Assembly (NCBI GenBank): GCA_038884755.1
Contig: JAWABJ010000001.1
Coordinates: 153,792 to 217,791, forward strand
Reading direction: 5' to 3'
Length of the DNA: 64,000 nt
From: Candidatus Norongarragalinales archaeon
GTDB taxonomy: Archaea; Micrarchaeota; Micrarchaeia; Norongarragalinales; Norongarragalinaceae
Shown here: one piece after another, positions 1 to 9,563 of the stretch
Layout of the letters: each line of letters begins with the position of its first letter
Position numbering within the stretch: the stretch's first letter is position 1
Made by a program: the position numbers and the translations under genes
The notes under the pieces: model-generated
What the model saw: only the letters and a program-made list of their open reading frames with translations
Told to the model about the DNA's origin: nothing
Database searches by the model: none

Positions 1-752
1 AACCTGTACGTGAGGCACTCCAAGAGCGTTGCGCCTTCGCCTTTGCGAGCCCTTTCCACGGCTTGTTTTGTTGCGCTATAAACTGCAAGCACGTCGTTTC
101 CGTCGACTTGCATTCCTTCGATTCCGAACGCGATTGCTTTCTGCGCGAGTGTTTTCGACGCGGTTTGCAGCCGCAGCGGGACGGAAATGGCGTAGTAGTT
201 GTTTTGGCAAAGGAAAACCGTGGGGGTTTTGAATACGCCTGCAAAGTTGAACGCTTCGAGCGCGTCGCCTTCGCTCGTAGCCCCGTCTCCGAAGAAAGGC
301 ATTGTCACGCCTTTCTTTCCGGTGTTTTTGAACGCCAAGCCCATTCCCGCCGCGTGAATCAAGTGCGTTGCGATCGCAATCGTTAGGGGGTAAATGTTTT
401 TTTCTGTGCGTAGCCCTTCCTCGCTTCCCATCCAGTACAAAAACATGTTTTCCAGGGGCATTCCCGCGCAGATCATCGCAGCGTGTTCTCGGTAAGTGGG
501 GAAAATCCAGTCTACGCTCGTGTCCAAGGCAAAAACGCTTCCCACTTGCGAGGCTTCCTGCCCTTCCATTTGCGCGACCGTAAAGCTCCTCCCTTGGCGC
601 TGCAAATTGAACGCCTTCTTGTCGAACGCGCGCGCCAAAGCCATTTTCTCGTACATTTGCTTGAGCGTGTCGTTGGAAAGCTTGGGCTCTAGCGAAGCGT
701 CGGCGTTGCCGTCCACGTCGACTATCTCGAGCTTTTTGATTTCAAAATTCAT
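1..752 (-). CDS. TPP-dependent 2-oxoacid dehydrogenase E1 component alpha subunit (pyruvate/acetoin/BCKDH type); N-terminal part only, the gene runs off the window start
   Basis: Minus-strand ATG at 752 gives MNFEIKKLEIVDVDGN... A TPP-binding motif GDG-x27-NN is present (FFGDGATSEGDALEAFNFAGVFKTPTVFLCQNNYY). The start lies 7 nt downstream of the lipA stop. Confidence 0.75.
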   Translation of the reverse strand, partial: MNFEIKKLEIVDVDGNADASLEPKLSNDTLKQMYEKMALARAFDKKAFNLQRQGRSFTVAQMEGQEASQVGSVFALDTSVDWIFPTYREHAAMICAGMPLENMFLYWMGSEEGLRTEKNIYPLTIAIATHLIHAAGMGLAFKNTGKKGVTMPFFGDGATSEGDALEAFNFAGVFKTPTVFLCQNNYYAISVPLRLQTASKTLAQKAIAFGIEGMQVDGNDVLAVYSATKQAVERARKGEGATLLECLTYR

Positions 753-759
753 TTTCGTT

Positions 760-1662
760 TCAGGCACTTGCTACCACCATTTGTTTTTCTTTCAACGCTT
801 TCACGAACAATTCTCCTGCCTTGTAAGAACTGCGTACGAACGGTCCTGACGCACAATAGAGAAAGCCTTTTTCCAGCGCTTTTGTCTTGAACCAGCCGAA
901 TTTTTCTGGCGCGACGTATTCGAAAACCGGAAGCTCGCGTTCTGTCGGGCGCAAGTATTGGCCGAAAGTGATGAAATCGCATTTTACGCTTCGCAAGTCG
1001 TCCATCGTTTTCAGCACGCTTTCGTCCTGCTCTCCCATTCCCAGCATTATCGAGCTTTTCGTGAATATGGTCGAATCCATTTTCTTCACGTTTTCCAGCA
1101 CGCCGAGGGACTGGGCGTAGCCGGCGCGCATGTCGCGCGCCACGCGCTGTAGTTCTTCGACCGTTTCAACGTTGTGCGCGATGACGTCCGGCTTTGCTTC
1201 GACAATCGTTTTCAGGCACTGTTCGTCGCCGCGGAAATCCGGAATCAGCACTTCAACCAAGACGCCTTCACAGTGCTTGCGTATTGCACGAATGCATTTG
1301 GCGAAATGCTCGGCCCCTTGGTCCGGCAGGTCATCACGGTCCACGCTTGTTATGACGACGTAGTCCAAACCCCACTTGCGTACTGCTGAAGCTATTTTCC
1401 AAGGTTCGAGGACGTCGATAGGCTGTCCTTCGATTCCTTTGCCCACGCTGCAGAAATGGCATCCTCTGGTGCATATGCTTCCTAAAACCATGAACGTTGC
1501 AGTTCCCGAGCTCCAGCACTCGCTCGCGTTGGGGCAGTGTGCTTCTTCGCACACTGTAACCAAGCCCAATTGCCTCAGCGTGGCTTTTACGCCTTCAAAA
1601 TTTTCTTTTGGAGGGCGTATTTTCAGCCACGAGGGCTTTTGTTCCGCGTAGTGGGTTTGCAT
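760..1662 (-). CDS. lipA: lipoyl synthase (radical SAM)
   Basis: 300 aa. It has the CEEAHCPNASECW and CTRGCHFC cysteine clusters typical of LipA. It sits directly upstream of E1-alpha on the same strand. Confidence 0.9.
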   Translation of the reverse strand: MQTHYAEQKPSWLKIRPPKENFEGVKATLRQLGLVTVCEEAHCPNASECWSSGTATFMVLGSICTRGCHFCSVGKGIEGQPIDVLEPWKIASAVRKWGLDYVVITSVDRDDLPDQGAEHFAKCIRAIRKHCEGVLVEVLIPDFRGDEQCLKTIVEAKPDVIAHNVETVEELQRVARDMRAGYAQSLGVLENVKKMDSTIFTKSSIMLGMGEQDESVLKTMDDLRSVKCDFITFGQYLRPTERELPVFEYVAPEKFGWFKTKALEKGFLYCASGPFVRSSYKAGELFVKALKEKQMVVASA

Positions 1663-1772
1663 ATCCTTTCTTTCAGTCGAACAAATCTTTTAACTGTTTT
1701 CGGCATCGCCAATTGTCGTTCGTTTCACTATGCTTTTATTCAAGCGCAAGCCGAATTTTTACGCTGTTGGAA

Positions 1773-1922
1773 ATGGATTTCACGAAAATAATGGAGTGGG
1801 ACGAACTGCGCATAGTGTTGGGAGTTTTGCTAATGCTTTTCGGCCAGTTCGACATCGGGTTTTGGGTCGCGATTTTGGGTTTGTTCATGTTTCTCACTAC
1901 CGAAGGCTACTTGAGCTTTTAA
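1773..1922 (+). CDS. small hydrophobic protein (49 aa), hypothetical
   Basis: MDFTKIMEWDELRIVLGVLLMLFGQFDIGFWVAILGLFMFLTTEGYLSF, one or two TM helices. A TTTTATT TATA-like box lies about 45 nt upstream. A GCGGTTT/AAACCGC hairpin lies just downstream. Confidence 0.3.
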   Translation: MDFTKIMEWDELRIVLGVLLMLFGQFDIGFWVAILGLFMFLTTEGYLSF

Positions 1923-1972
1923 AACTCCAGCGGTTTTTTAAACCGCCTTTCTTTAAGAGTAGGGAGGGTGTT

Positions 1973-2329
1973 TTGTCGTTGGTTCATTTGGAAGCAGCAG
2001 ATGCTTTAATCCAGGAAGTGAGCCTGGTTTTGAGTGCGGTCGTGCTGGTGTTTTGGGTTTCGTATTCGCTCATGCTGTACCACCAGTTGAAGCGAGGCAC
2101 GGTGCGGAAGGACTGGTGGCTGTCCATGGTGTTCTACATAGGCATAGGCCTGCTCGTGCTCGCGAATTTGCTTCTGGCTTTCAGCCAGCTTTACCACACG
2201 CCCATAGGCGAGCGCGTTTCCATCGCGGTGAACATGGTTTCCATGGTGGTTTTCATCTTCGCTTTCTATTTGCGAATGAAGTCTTCGCTGGAAAACCACT
2301 ATTCCCCTTCCTCGAAAAAGCGCAGGTAG
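1973..2329 (+). CDS. hypothetical membrane protein (about 3 TM), likely TTG start
   Basis: The C-terminal 118 aa of the 1730..2329 ORF are hydrophobic (LSAVVLVFWVSYSLMLYHQLK...IGIGLLVLANLLLAF...MVSMVVFIFAFYL). A GGAGGGTG Shine-Dalgarno-like box sits just before a TTG codon. The upstream part of the ORF looks non-coding. Confidence 0.35.
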   Translation: MSLVHLEAADALIQEVSLVLSAVVLVFWVSYSLMLYHQLKRGTVRKDWWLSMVFYIGIGLLVLANLLLAFSQLYHTPIGERVSIAVNMVSMVVFIFAFYLRMKSSLENHYSPSSKKRR

Positions 2330-2423
2330 GTTTAAAGTTTGCGGCGCCGAAATAAGCTTCGGAATTGGATGGGGGAGCGCAAGGGCAGTGCCTTTAACAA
2401 AGGTTTTTAAAGCAGTTTTGGCT

Positions 2424-2435
2424 TTATTATAAAGT
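2424..2435 (+). promoter_or_regulatory. TATA box (TTTATTATAAAG) about 35 nt upstream of rpoH
   Basis: An AT-rich TATA-like element with an upstream purine-rich BRE-like stretch. It is positioned appropriately for an archaeal promoter driving the RNAP operon. Confidence 0.4.
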
Positions 2436-2468
2436 CGAGTGTTTAGAGTATTCTCTTTAGGTTTTGGG

Positions 2469-2696
2469 ATGGATTCTGCCTTCACCCACTATTTGGTTCC
2501 AAAAATGGAGAAGATTGGCGACAAGGAACTAGCAGAGCTTTTGCAAAAGATGCATTGCACGAAGGAAGACTTGCCTTTGATAAACTTTTCAGACTCGGGT
2601 TTGAAGGGATTGGAAGTCAGCGCGGGGGACGTCGTGAAAATAACCCGCGACGAGAAGAAGAAGGAATTCTACTACCGCCTGGTAGTCGAAGATTGA
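2469..2696 (+). CDS. rpoH: DNA-directed RNA polymerase subunit H (Rpb5 homolog)
   Basis: 75 aa beginning MDSAFTHYLVPKMEKIGDKELAELL...DLPLI...DSGLKGLEVSAGDVVKITR. The size and position immediately upstream of rpoB are canonical for archaea. Confidence 0.8.
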   Translation: MDSAFTHYLVPKMEKIGDKELAELLQKMHCTKEDLPLINFSDSGLKGLEVSAGDVVKITRDEKKKEFYYRLVVED

Positions 2697-2766
2697 AACT
2701 GCGTTTGCAGAGCATTGGCGCGTTCGGCCGCACAGGCCGCGTGCGTGAATAAGGGGTTGCCTGGGT

Positions 2767-4233
2767 ATGTTCAAGCAAGTTTCAAGCGCGTTTTTGAAGG
2801 AAAACACTATCGTAGACCAGCACATCGAGTCTTTCAACAACTTTGTCGAGAAAACGATGCAGGACATTGTCGACGCCCAGCGCGTTATCGAGCCGCAAGT
2901 CGAGGGGCTGAGCGTGAAGCTGGGCAAAATCCGCGCGGAAAAGCCCATGGTCGTGGAAGGAGACGGGTCGAGGAGGCCGTTGTACCCGCTCGAAGCGCGG
3001 CTGCGCGATTTGAACTATTCCGCGCCTTTGTTTTTGGAAATGACGCAAGTCGTAAAGGGAATAGAAAAGAGGACTGAAGACGTTTACGTGGGCGAGCTGC
3101 CCGTGATGCTCAAATCGAGGCTATGCTACCTGCACGGGCGCAACGCGAAGGAACTGCAGCAGATTGGCGAGGACTCGCAGGATGCGGGCGGCTATTTCGT
3201 GATAAACGGAACGGAAAAGACGCTGATGATTCTCGAGGATTTGGCGCCGAACCGCATTCTCGTTTCGAGGGAAAAGGAAACGGGTTTGGTTCAGGCGAAG
3301 ATTTTCTCGACGCGCTCCGGTTTCAGGGGGCGTTGCACGGTCGACAGGACGAAGGAAGGGCTGTTGGGCGTGACCATGCCTTCTTACAACAAGCCTTTGG
3401 AACTCGTGCTTTTGCTTAGGGCCTTGGGGCTCGTCGATTCCGAAAGGATTGTGGACGCGTTTTCTTCCGCTACCGAAGTGAAGAACGACATCCAGCTCAA
3501 CCTCGAGGACAGCGTTGAAATAAAGAGCAAGCGCGATGCGCTGGAAACGATCGGAAAGCGCGCCGCTCCCGGCCAGCCCGTCGACTATCAAATAAAGAGG
3601 GCCGAAGTTTTGATAGACCGTTATTTGCTGCCGCACATCGGCATTGAAGAGAAAAACCGCCTGGCGAAGGCTTTCTTCTTGTGCAGGATGGCCGAGCGCG
3701 CCATACTTGTTGCTTACAAAAAGCGTCCGGTTGACGACAAGGACCATTATTCCAACAAGCGTTTGAAGACTCCCGGAAAATTGATGGAGGAAGTGTTCCG
3801 CTACGCGTTCCAGTTTCTCGTGAAAGACGTTGCGTACCAAATGGAACGCGCTAACGTTCGAGGGCGCAGGATGACTATGTTTGCCATAGTGCGTCCGGAC
3901 GCGTTGAGCGACAGGATAAAATATTCGATGGCAACTGGCAACTGGGTGGGCGGCTATACAGGCGTGTCGCAGCCTTTGGACCGTTATAATTTCATTTCAG
4001 CCGCGGCTTTCTTGAAGAGAGTGACTTCGCCTTTGGCTAAAAAACATCCGCACTACAAGGCGCGCGACTTGCACGGCACGCACTGGGGGCGATTGGACCC
4101 GAACGAGACTCCTGAAGGCCCGAACTGCGGCTTGGTGCGCAACTTGTCCTTGTATTCGGAAATAACTGTTGGTGCGAAGACAGAGGAAGTGGAGAAAGTT
4201 TTGAGCAAGCTGGGAGTTTCGATGAACGTTTAA
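2767..4233 (+). CDS. rpoB2: DNA-directed RNA polymerase subunit B'' (N-terminal half of split RpoB)
   Basis: 488 aa, collinear with the N-terminal half of Rpb2/RpoB. It ends 10 nt before the B' start. Confidence 0.95.
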   Translation: MFKQVSSAFLKENTIVDQHIESFNNFVEKTMQDIVDAQRVIEPQVEGLSVKLGKIRAEKPMVVEGDGSRRPLYPLEARLRDLNYSAPLFLEMTQVVKGIEKRTEDVYVGELPVMLKSRLCYLHGRNAKELQQIGEDSQDAGGYFVINGTEKTLMILEDLAPNRILVSREKETGLVQAKIFSTRSGFRGRCTVDRTKEGLLGVTMPSYNKPLELVLLLRALGLVDSERIVDAFSSATEVKNDIQLNLEDSVEIKSKRDALETIGKRAAPGQPVDYQIKRAEVLIDRYLLPHIGIEEKNRLAKAFFLCRMAERAILVAYKKRPVDDKDHYSNKRLKTPGKLMEEVFRYAFQFLVKDVAYQMERANVRGRRMTMFAIVRPDALSDRIKYSMATGNWVGGYTGVSQPLDRYNFISAAAFLKRVTSPLAKKHPHYKARDLHGTHWGRLDPNETPEGPNCGLVRNLSLYSEITVGAKTEEVEKVLSKLGVSMNV

Positions 4234-4242
4234 GGTGGAAAC

Positions 4243-6054
4243 ATGAAGCACGCTGGGGTTTTTGTCGACGGGAAGTTCGTGGGTTTCGCCGAGAACGGCG
4301 AGAAGCTCGCAAGGGAATTGCGGGAAATGCGCAGGGCCGGCGACGTGCACTCGCAAATCAACATCGCTTTTTATGCGAAAACCAACGAGGTTTTCATAAA
4401 CACCGACGAGGGCCGCGTGCGAAGGCCTTTGATCGTGGTGAAAAACGGAAAGCCGTTGCTTTCGAAAGAGCAGGCTGACAAGCTCGAGAAAGGCGAATTG
4501 CATTGGAAGAACCTGGTGGAACAGGGGCTGATCGAGTTTTTGGATGCTGAAGAGGAGGAGAACGCTTTCGTGGCGCTTAAGCCGGAAGACGTCACGCCCG
4601 ACCACACGCACTTGGAAATAGACCATTCTATGATTCTCGGCTTCGCTTCTTCGCAGCTTCCGTATCCCGAGTACAACATGGCGCCCAGGGTTTTGATGTC
4701 GGCGCAGCACGCGAAGCAGAGCTTGGGCCTTTATGCTTCCAACTTCAATTTGCGAAGCGATACGCGCGCGCACGTTTTGTTCTACCCGCAACAGCCGTTG
4801 CTGCAAACCAGCGCGTACCGCAACTTGCGCTTGAACAAGCGGGCTTCAGGCCAAAACCTCGTGGTCGCCGTCCTTTCCTACAAGGGCTTCAACATGAACG
4901 ACGCGGTGGTGTTGAACAAGACGAGCGTCGAGCGAGGCATAGGGCGCAGTGCTTTCATACGCACTTACGGCGCCGTCGAAAGGCGTTATCCAGGCGGGCA
5001 GAAGGATTCGTTCGGGATTCCCGAAGAGTACGTGCAGGGTTTCCTCGGGGAAGAGGCTTACGCTCATTTGGACGAAGACGGCTTTGCAGCGCCTGAAACT
5101 GTGGTCAAAGGCAACGCCGTTCTGGTTGGAAAGTCTTCGCCGCCCAGGTTTTTGAAGGAAATTTCGGCTTTGGAAATGGAGAGCGAACGCAGGCGGGAGT
5201 CGAGCGTAACCGTGCGGGGCAACGAAGAAGGCACTGTTGATGCGGTTATTCTGAGCGAAACGACTTCCGGGAACAAGATGGTCAAGATTCGCGTGCGCAA
5301 CACCAACATTCCTGAAGTGGGAGACAAGTTCGCTTCGCGCCACGGGCAAAAAGGCGTTGTTTCCATCCTCGTTCCGCAGGAAGACATGCCTGCCACGAAA
5401 GACGGGATTACTCCCGACTTGATAATCAACCCGCACGCAATTCCCGGCAGAATGACCGCCGGGCATTTGCTTGAAATGCTCGGGGGCAAGGCGAGCGCGT
5501 TGAAGGGAAGCATAGGTGACGCGACTGCGTTTTCCGGAGATAAGCAGGCGGATTTCGAGAAAGTCTTGCTGCAAAACGGTTTCGAGGCTGCGGGGCAGGA
5601 AGTGCTTTACGACGGCAAGACCGGCGAACGCCTGTACGCAAAGATTTTCATGGGAGTAATTTACTACCAACGCTTGCACCATCTGGTTTCCCTCAAGATG
5701 CACGCTCGCTCGCGCGGGCCGGTGCAAATGCTCACCCACCAGCCGACCGAAGGCCGCGCTCGCGAGGGCGGATTGCGTTTGGGTGAAATGGAAAGGGATT
5801 GTTTCATTGGTTACGGTGCAGCGTCGCTTTTGAAGGAAAGGATGATGGACTCGAGTGACAAGACTGTGGAGTTGGTGTGCGCGAATTGCGGTTCGCTGGC
5901 GTATACCGACAGGCAGAAGAACAAGAGCTATTGCGCGTTGTGCGAGAGCAGCGACATACAGCCTGTCGAAATGAGCTACGCGTTCAAGCTTTTGCTTGAT
6001 GAGATGAAGTCCATAGGAATATTTCCGAAACTGCGTCTTGGAGACCGGGCTTAA
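4243..6054 (+). CDS. rpoB1: DNA-directed RNA polymerase subunit B' (C-terminal half of split RpoB)
   Basis: 603 aa. It contains the conserved GDKFASRHGQKG and QPTEGRAREGGLRLGEMERDC motifs and a C-terminal Zn ribbon CANCG...CALC. Confidence 0.95.
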   Translation: MKHAGVFVDGKFVGFAENGEKLARELREMRRAGDVHSQINIAFYAKTNEVFINTDEGRVRRPLIVVKNGKPLLSKEQADKLEKGELHWKNLVEQGLIEFLDAEEEENAFVALKPEDVTPDHTHLEIDHSMILGFASSQLPYPEYNMAPRVLMSAQHAKQSLGLYASNFNLRSDTRAHVLFYPQQPLLQTSAYRNLRLNKRASGQNLVVAVLSYKGFNMNDAVVLNKTSVERGIGRSAFIRTYGAVERRYPGGQKDSFGIPEEYVQGFLGEEAYAHLDEDGFAAPETVVKGNAVLVGKSSPPRFLKEISALEMESERRRESSVTVRGNEEGTVDAVILSETTSGNKMVKIRVRNTNIPEVGDKFASRHGQKGVVSILVPQEDMPATKDGITPDLIINPHAIPGRMTAGHLLEMLGGKASALKGSIGDATAFSGDKQADFEKVLLQNGFEAAGQEVLYDGKTGERLYAKIFMGVIYYQRLHHLVSLKMHARSRGPVQMLTHQPTEGRAREGGLRLGEMERDCFIGYGAASLLKERMMDSSDKTVELVCANCGSLAYTDRQKNKSYCALCESSDIQPVEMSYAFKLLLDEMKSIGIFPKLRLGDRA

Positions 6055-6064
6055 GGGTGGAAAA

Positions 6065-9000
6065 ATGAAGGTCGTAAAAGCAATTGGTTTTTCGATATAC
6101 TCGCCTGAGAACGTGCGTAAGATGAGCGCCGCGAAAATCACCGTTCCAGACACTTACGACGAGGACGGCTACCCCATCAGCGGGGGCCTGGCAGACCAGC
6201 GCTTGGGCGTTGTAGACCCCGGCTTGAAGTGCCGCACGTGCGGAGGAAGGATGAAAGACTGTCCCGGGCACTCGGGGCACATCGAGCTCGTGAGGCCGGT
6301 GATTCACGTCGGTTTCGCAAAGCTCATTTACAATTTGCTGAAAGCCACTTGCAGGAAATGCGGAAGGCTCATGCACTACGCTTCGCGCGTCGAGGAAGCC
6401 AAAAAATCGCTGGAATGCCCGCATTGTGGCGAGAAGCAGAGGAAAGTCAAGTTCGTAAAGCCCAGCGCTTTTTACGAGGAAGACCGCAAGCTCTTTCCCA
6501 ACGAAATCAGAGAGCGTTTGGAGCACATTCCTGACGATGACTTGCGCACGTTGGGCGTTGCAATTCGCCCCGAGTGGGCAGTGCTCACCGTTTTGATAGT
6601 CCCTCCAGTCACAGTCCGCCCTTCTATCACTCTCGAAACTGGGGAAAGGAGCGAGGACGATTTGACGCACAAGCTCGTGGACATTCTTCGAATCAACCAG
6701 CGTTTGGAAGAGAATATCGACGCGGGCGCGCCGCAGCTTATAATAGAAGACTTGTGGGAATTGCTGCAATACCACGTTACCACTTACTACGACAACGAGA
6801 CTTCCGGAATTCCTCCTGCGCGACACCGTTCGGGGCGCCAGCTTAAGACTTTGTTCCAGCGTTTGAAGGGCAAGGAAGGGCGCTTTCGCTACAATCTCAG
6901 CGGAAAGAGGGTAAACTTTTCGGCCCGCACCGTGATTTCTCCCGACCCAACGCTGGGAATAAACGAGTTGGGCGTGCCGATGGAAATTGCGAGAGAGCTT
7001 ACCGTTCCGGTCAGCGTGACGCAATGGAATTTGGAGAACGTGAAGGAAATGATTCGCGCTCGCGCCGAGGCCATAAATTACGTAATCCGCCCAGACGGGA
7101 AGAGGAAGAAAATCACTACCGCCAACATAGAAGAGGTTTTGACCGAGCTTACGCCGGGCTATACTGTGGAAAGGCAGCTGTTCGACGGCGACGTAGTGAT
7201 ATTCAACAGGCAGCCTTCCCTCCACCGCGTTTCGATGTTGTGCCATGAAGTCAAGGTTTTGCCTGGAAAAACGTTCCGCTTTAACGTCGCAAATTGCAAC
7301 CCGTACAATGCCGACTTCGACGGAGATGAAATGAACATTCACGTTCCGCAGACTGAAGAGGCGCAGGCTGAAGCCGAACTGCTGATGAAAGTTCAGGATA
7401 ACATCCTCTCGCCGCGCAACGGCTCTCCGCTTATCGCGCCCGACTTGGACCAAATCACGGGATTGTATTTGCTTTCGCTCGACGATTTCGTTGTTACTAA
7501 AAAGGAAGCTTGCAATTTGCTTAACGCAGCTGGAGTGGATGGCGCGTTGGAAAAAAGCTTGGTGAGCGGCAAGGAAATTTATTCCATGATATTGCCTGAA
7601 AAGTTCGACTTGGAGCTTGAAGGCAAGGGTGGAAACAAAGTCCGCATAAAGAACGGGAAGCTCACCGAAGGGTTTTTGGACGCGCACGCCAACCGCACCG
7701 TCGTGAGACGAATTTTCGACGAGTTTGGGAGTGAGGAAGCTCGAAAGTACGTTGACAAGGCGACCAAGCTTTCGGTCGAGCTTGCATACCGCTACGGGTT
7801 TTCGCTGAGCTTGAAGGACTATTACTTGCCCGAATCGGCGATTGCGGAAATAACCAAGCTTTACGACGAGGGCAGGCAGCGGCTCGTAGAGCTCGTGAGG
7901 AAATACAAGACCAGGAAGCTTGAACGGCTTCCGGGAAAGACGCTCAAGGAAACTCTCGAAGAGCAGGTAATGAACATCGTCGAACTCATACGCTTCCACT
8001 GCTGGACTATAGTCAAGGAAAAAATTTCTAAAACCGCCGTAGAAATTAACGGCAGGCAGTTCGAGCACAATTCTTCCCTGCTCATGGCACAGGCCGGGGT
8101 GAAGAACAAGCCCATCAACGTCGTGCAGATGACCGCGCTGGTGGGACAGCAGGCCGTCCGCGGAAAGAGGCCCGCCGCAGGATTCAAGAAAAGGCTTTTG
8201 CCGCACTTCAGGCGTGGCGATTTGGGCGACGCGGCGCGCGGTTTCGTCAAAAACAATTACAAGAGCGGGTTGAATGCCGTCGAGTATTTCTTCCACGCTG
8301 CGGGAGGAAGGGACAGCGTGGTCGACAAGGGAGTTAACCCGGCAAAGACTGGTTACATGCAACGCCGTCTCATTAATGCATTACAGGATTTGATCGTAAA
8401 GGAAGACGCGAGCGTCAGGGACAGCGAAGGAAAAATAGTACAGTTCAAGTACGGCGGGGACGGAATCGACCCTTCGACTGGAAAGCAAATCGCTTACGGC
8501 GAGCCTGTCGGGGTTATCGAGGCGCAGAGCATCGGCGAGCCCGGAACTCAAATGACTTTGCGCACTTTCCACTATGCCGGCGTAGCTTCGCTGGCGCAAT
8601 TCGGCTTCACGCGTTTGGTAGAGTTGGTGGACGCCCGCAAATCGCCGAAAAAGCCGGTCATGGAAATTTGCCTGAAGAAAAGCATTGCAGGCGATTTCGA
8701 GAAAGTCAAGACGATAGCTGCCAGCATCGAAAGCGTGGTTTTGGAGGACGTTGCGGAAACCAAGGAGAATTTCGACCGGAAGGCGATTACCATAACCCTC
8801 AACCCATTGCTGCTCAAGGACAAGGGAATCCGCGAAAAGGCGATTTTGGACGAGATTGGTAAAATAACCCCCAACTTCAAGCACGAAGGACACGAGATTG
8901 TGATTAAAACGAAGGAAGAGTCCCTCAAGGCCGTACGTAAGTTGACTCTACGCTTCAAGGAATTGCATTTGGGCGGAGTCAAGGGAATAAGGAAAGCGAT

Positions 9001-9472
9001 TATCGTGGAAAAGAAGACCGAAGGCGGGAAGGAGTACACCATCGCAACCGAAGGCTCTAATCTCGAAGACATTCTCAAGCTGGAAGAAATAGACTCTCAC
9101 CGCACGAGCACGAACGACATCATGGAAATAGGGCGCGTTCTCGGGATAGAAGCGGCGCGAAACGCGATTATCCAGGAAATAAAGAAAGTGTTGGACACGC
9201 AGGACTTGACTGTCGACGAAAGGCACATAATGCTCATCGCCGACGCCATGACTTTCTTGGGCGGAGTGAAGAGCGTTGGAAGGCACGGGCTTGCAGGGCA
9301 AAAGAAAAGCGTGCTTGCGCGCGCGGCGTTCGAAGAGACCGCAAAGCATTTGCTGAACGCATGCATTTACGGAGAGGAAGACCCGCTGAAAGGCATAGCG
9401 GAAAACATCATCATCGGGCAAACAATCCCTGCTGGAACCGGCACAGTGCAACTGGAAATGAAGCTCGAGTGA
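6065..9472 (+). CDS. rpoA: DNA-directed RNA polymerase subunit A, unsplit (A' and A'' regions in one reading frame)
   Basis: About 1135 aa from MKVVKAIGFSIYSPENVRKMSA. N-terminal Zn motifs CRTCGG...CPGHSGH and catalytic NADFDGDEMN are present. Reading continues without a stop through the A'/A'' junction (...KYGGDGIDPSTGKQIAYGEPVGVIEAQSIGEPGTQMTLRTFHYAGV...) to the A''-type C-terminus IIGQTIPAGTGTVQLEMKLE. Confidence 0.9.
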   Translation: MKVVKAIGFSIYSPENVRKMSAAKITVPDTYDEDGYPISGGLADQRLGVVDPGLKCRTCGGRMKDCPGHSGHIELVRPVIHVGFAKLIYNLLKATCRKCGRLMHYASRVEEAKKSLECPHCGEKQRKVKFVKPSAFYEEDRKLFPNEIRERLEHIPDDDLRTLGVAIRPEWAVLTVLIVPPVTVRPSITLETGERSEDDLTHKLVDILRINQRLEENIDAGAPQLIIEDLWELLQYHVTTYYDNETSGIPPARHRSGRQLKTLFQRLKGKEGRFRYNLSGKRVNFSARTVISPDPTLGINELGVPMEIARELTVPVSVTQWNLENVKEMIRARAEAINYVIRPDGKRKKITTANIEEVLTELTPGYTVERQLFDGDVVIFNRQPSLHRVSMLCHEVKVLPGKTFRFNVANCNPYNADFDGDEMNIHVPQTEEAQAEAELLMKVQDNILSPRNGSPLIAPDLDQITGLYLLSLDDFVVTKKEACNLLNAAGVDGALEKSLVSGKEIYSMILPEKFDLELEGKGGNKVRIKNGKLTEGFLDAHANRTVVRRIFDEFGSEEARKYVDKATKLSVELAYRYGFSLSLKDYYLPESAIAEITKLYDEGRQRLVELVRKYKTRKLERLPGKTLKETLEEQVMNIVELIRFHCWTIVKEKISKTAVEINGRQFEHNSSLLMAQAGVKNKPINVVQMTALVGQQAVRGKRPAAGFKKRLLPHFRRGDLGDAARGFVKNNYKSGLNAVEYFFHAAGGRDSVVDKGVNPAKTGYMQRRLINALQDLIVKEDASVRDSEGKIVQFKYGGDGIDPSTGKQIAYGEPVGVIEAQSIGEPGTQMTLRTFHYAGVASLAQFGFTRLVELVDARKSPKKPVMEICLKKSIAGDFEKVKTIAASIESVVLEDVAETKENFDRKAITITLNPLLLKDKGIREKAILDEIGKITPNFKHEGHEIVIKTKEESLKAVRKLTLRFKELHLGGVKGIRKAIIVEKKTEGGKEYTIATEGSNLEDILKLEEIDSHRTSTNDIMEIGRVLGIEAARNAIIQEIKKVLDTQDLTVDERHIMLIADAMTFLGGVKSVGRHGLAGQKKSVLARAAFEETAKHLLNACIYGEEDPLKGIAENIIIGQTIPAGTGTVQLEMKLE

Positions 9473-9563
9473 CGAGATTCATTTTTGCCTTCTCTTCTTG
9501 GTTTATGCGAAAAAGTTAATGACCTTTCAGCAAAGGGTTTAGTGTTCGCTGGGAGGGTGTTGC

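Noticed and set aside
5984-8362. 792-aa ORF on the minus strand, and the similar long antisense ORFs at 4846..6153, 3121..3840, 3997..4806 and 8948..9451
   Set aside because: They are antisense to rpoB'/rpoA, which carry unmistakable RNAP motifs on the + strand. Long antisense ORFs are expected in GC-rich coding DNA. The compositions are Arg/Ala-rich with no recognisable domains.
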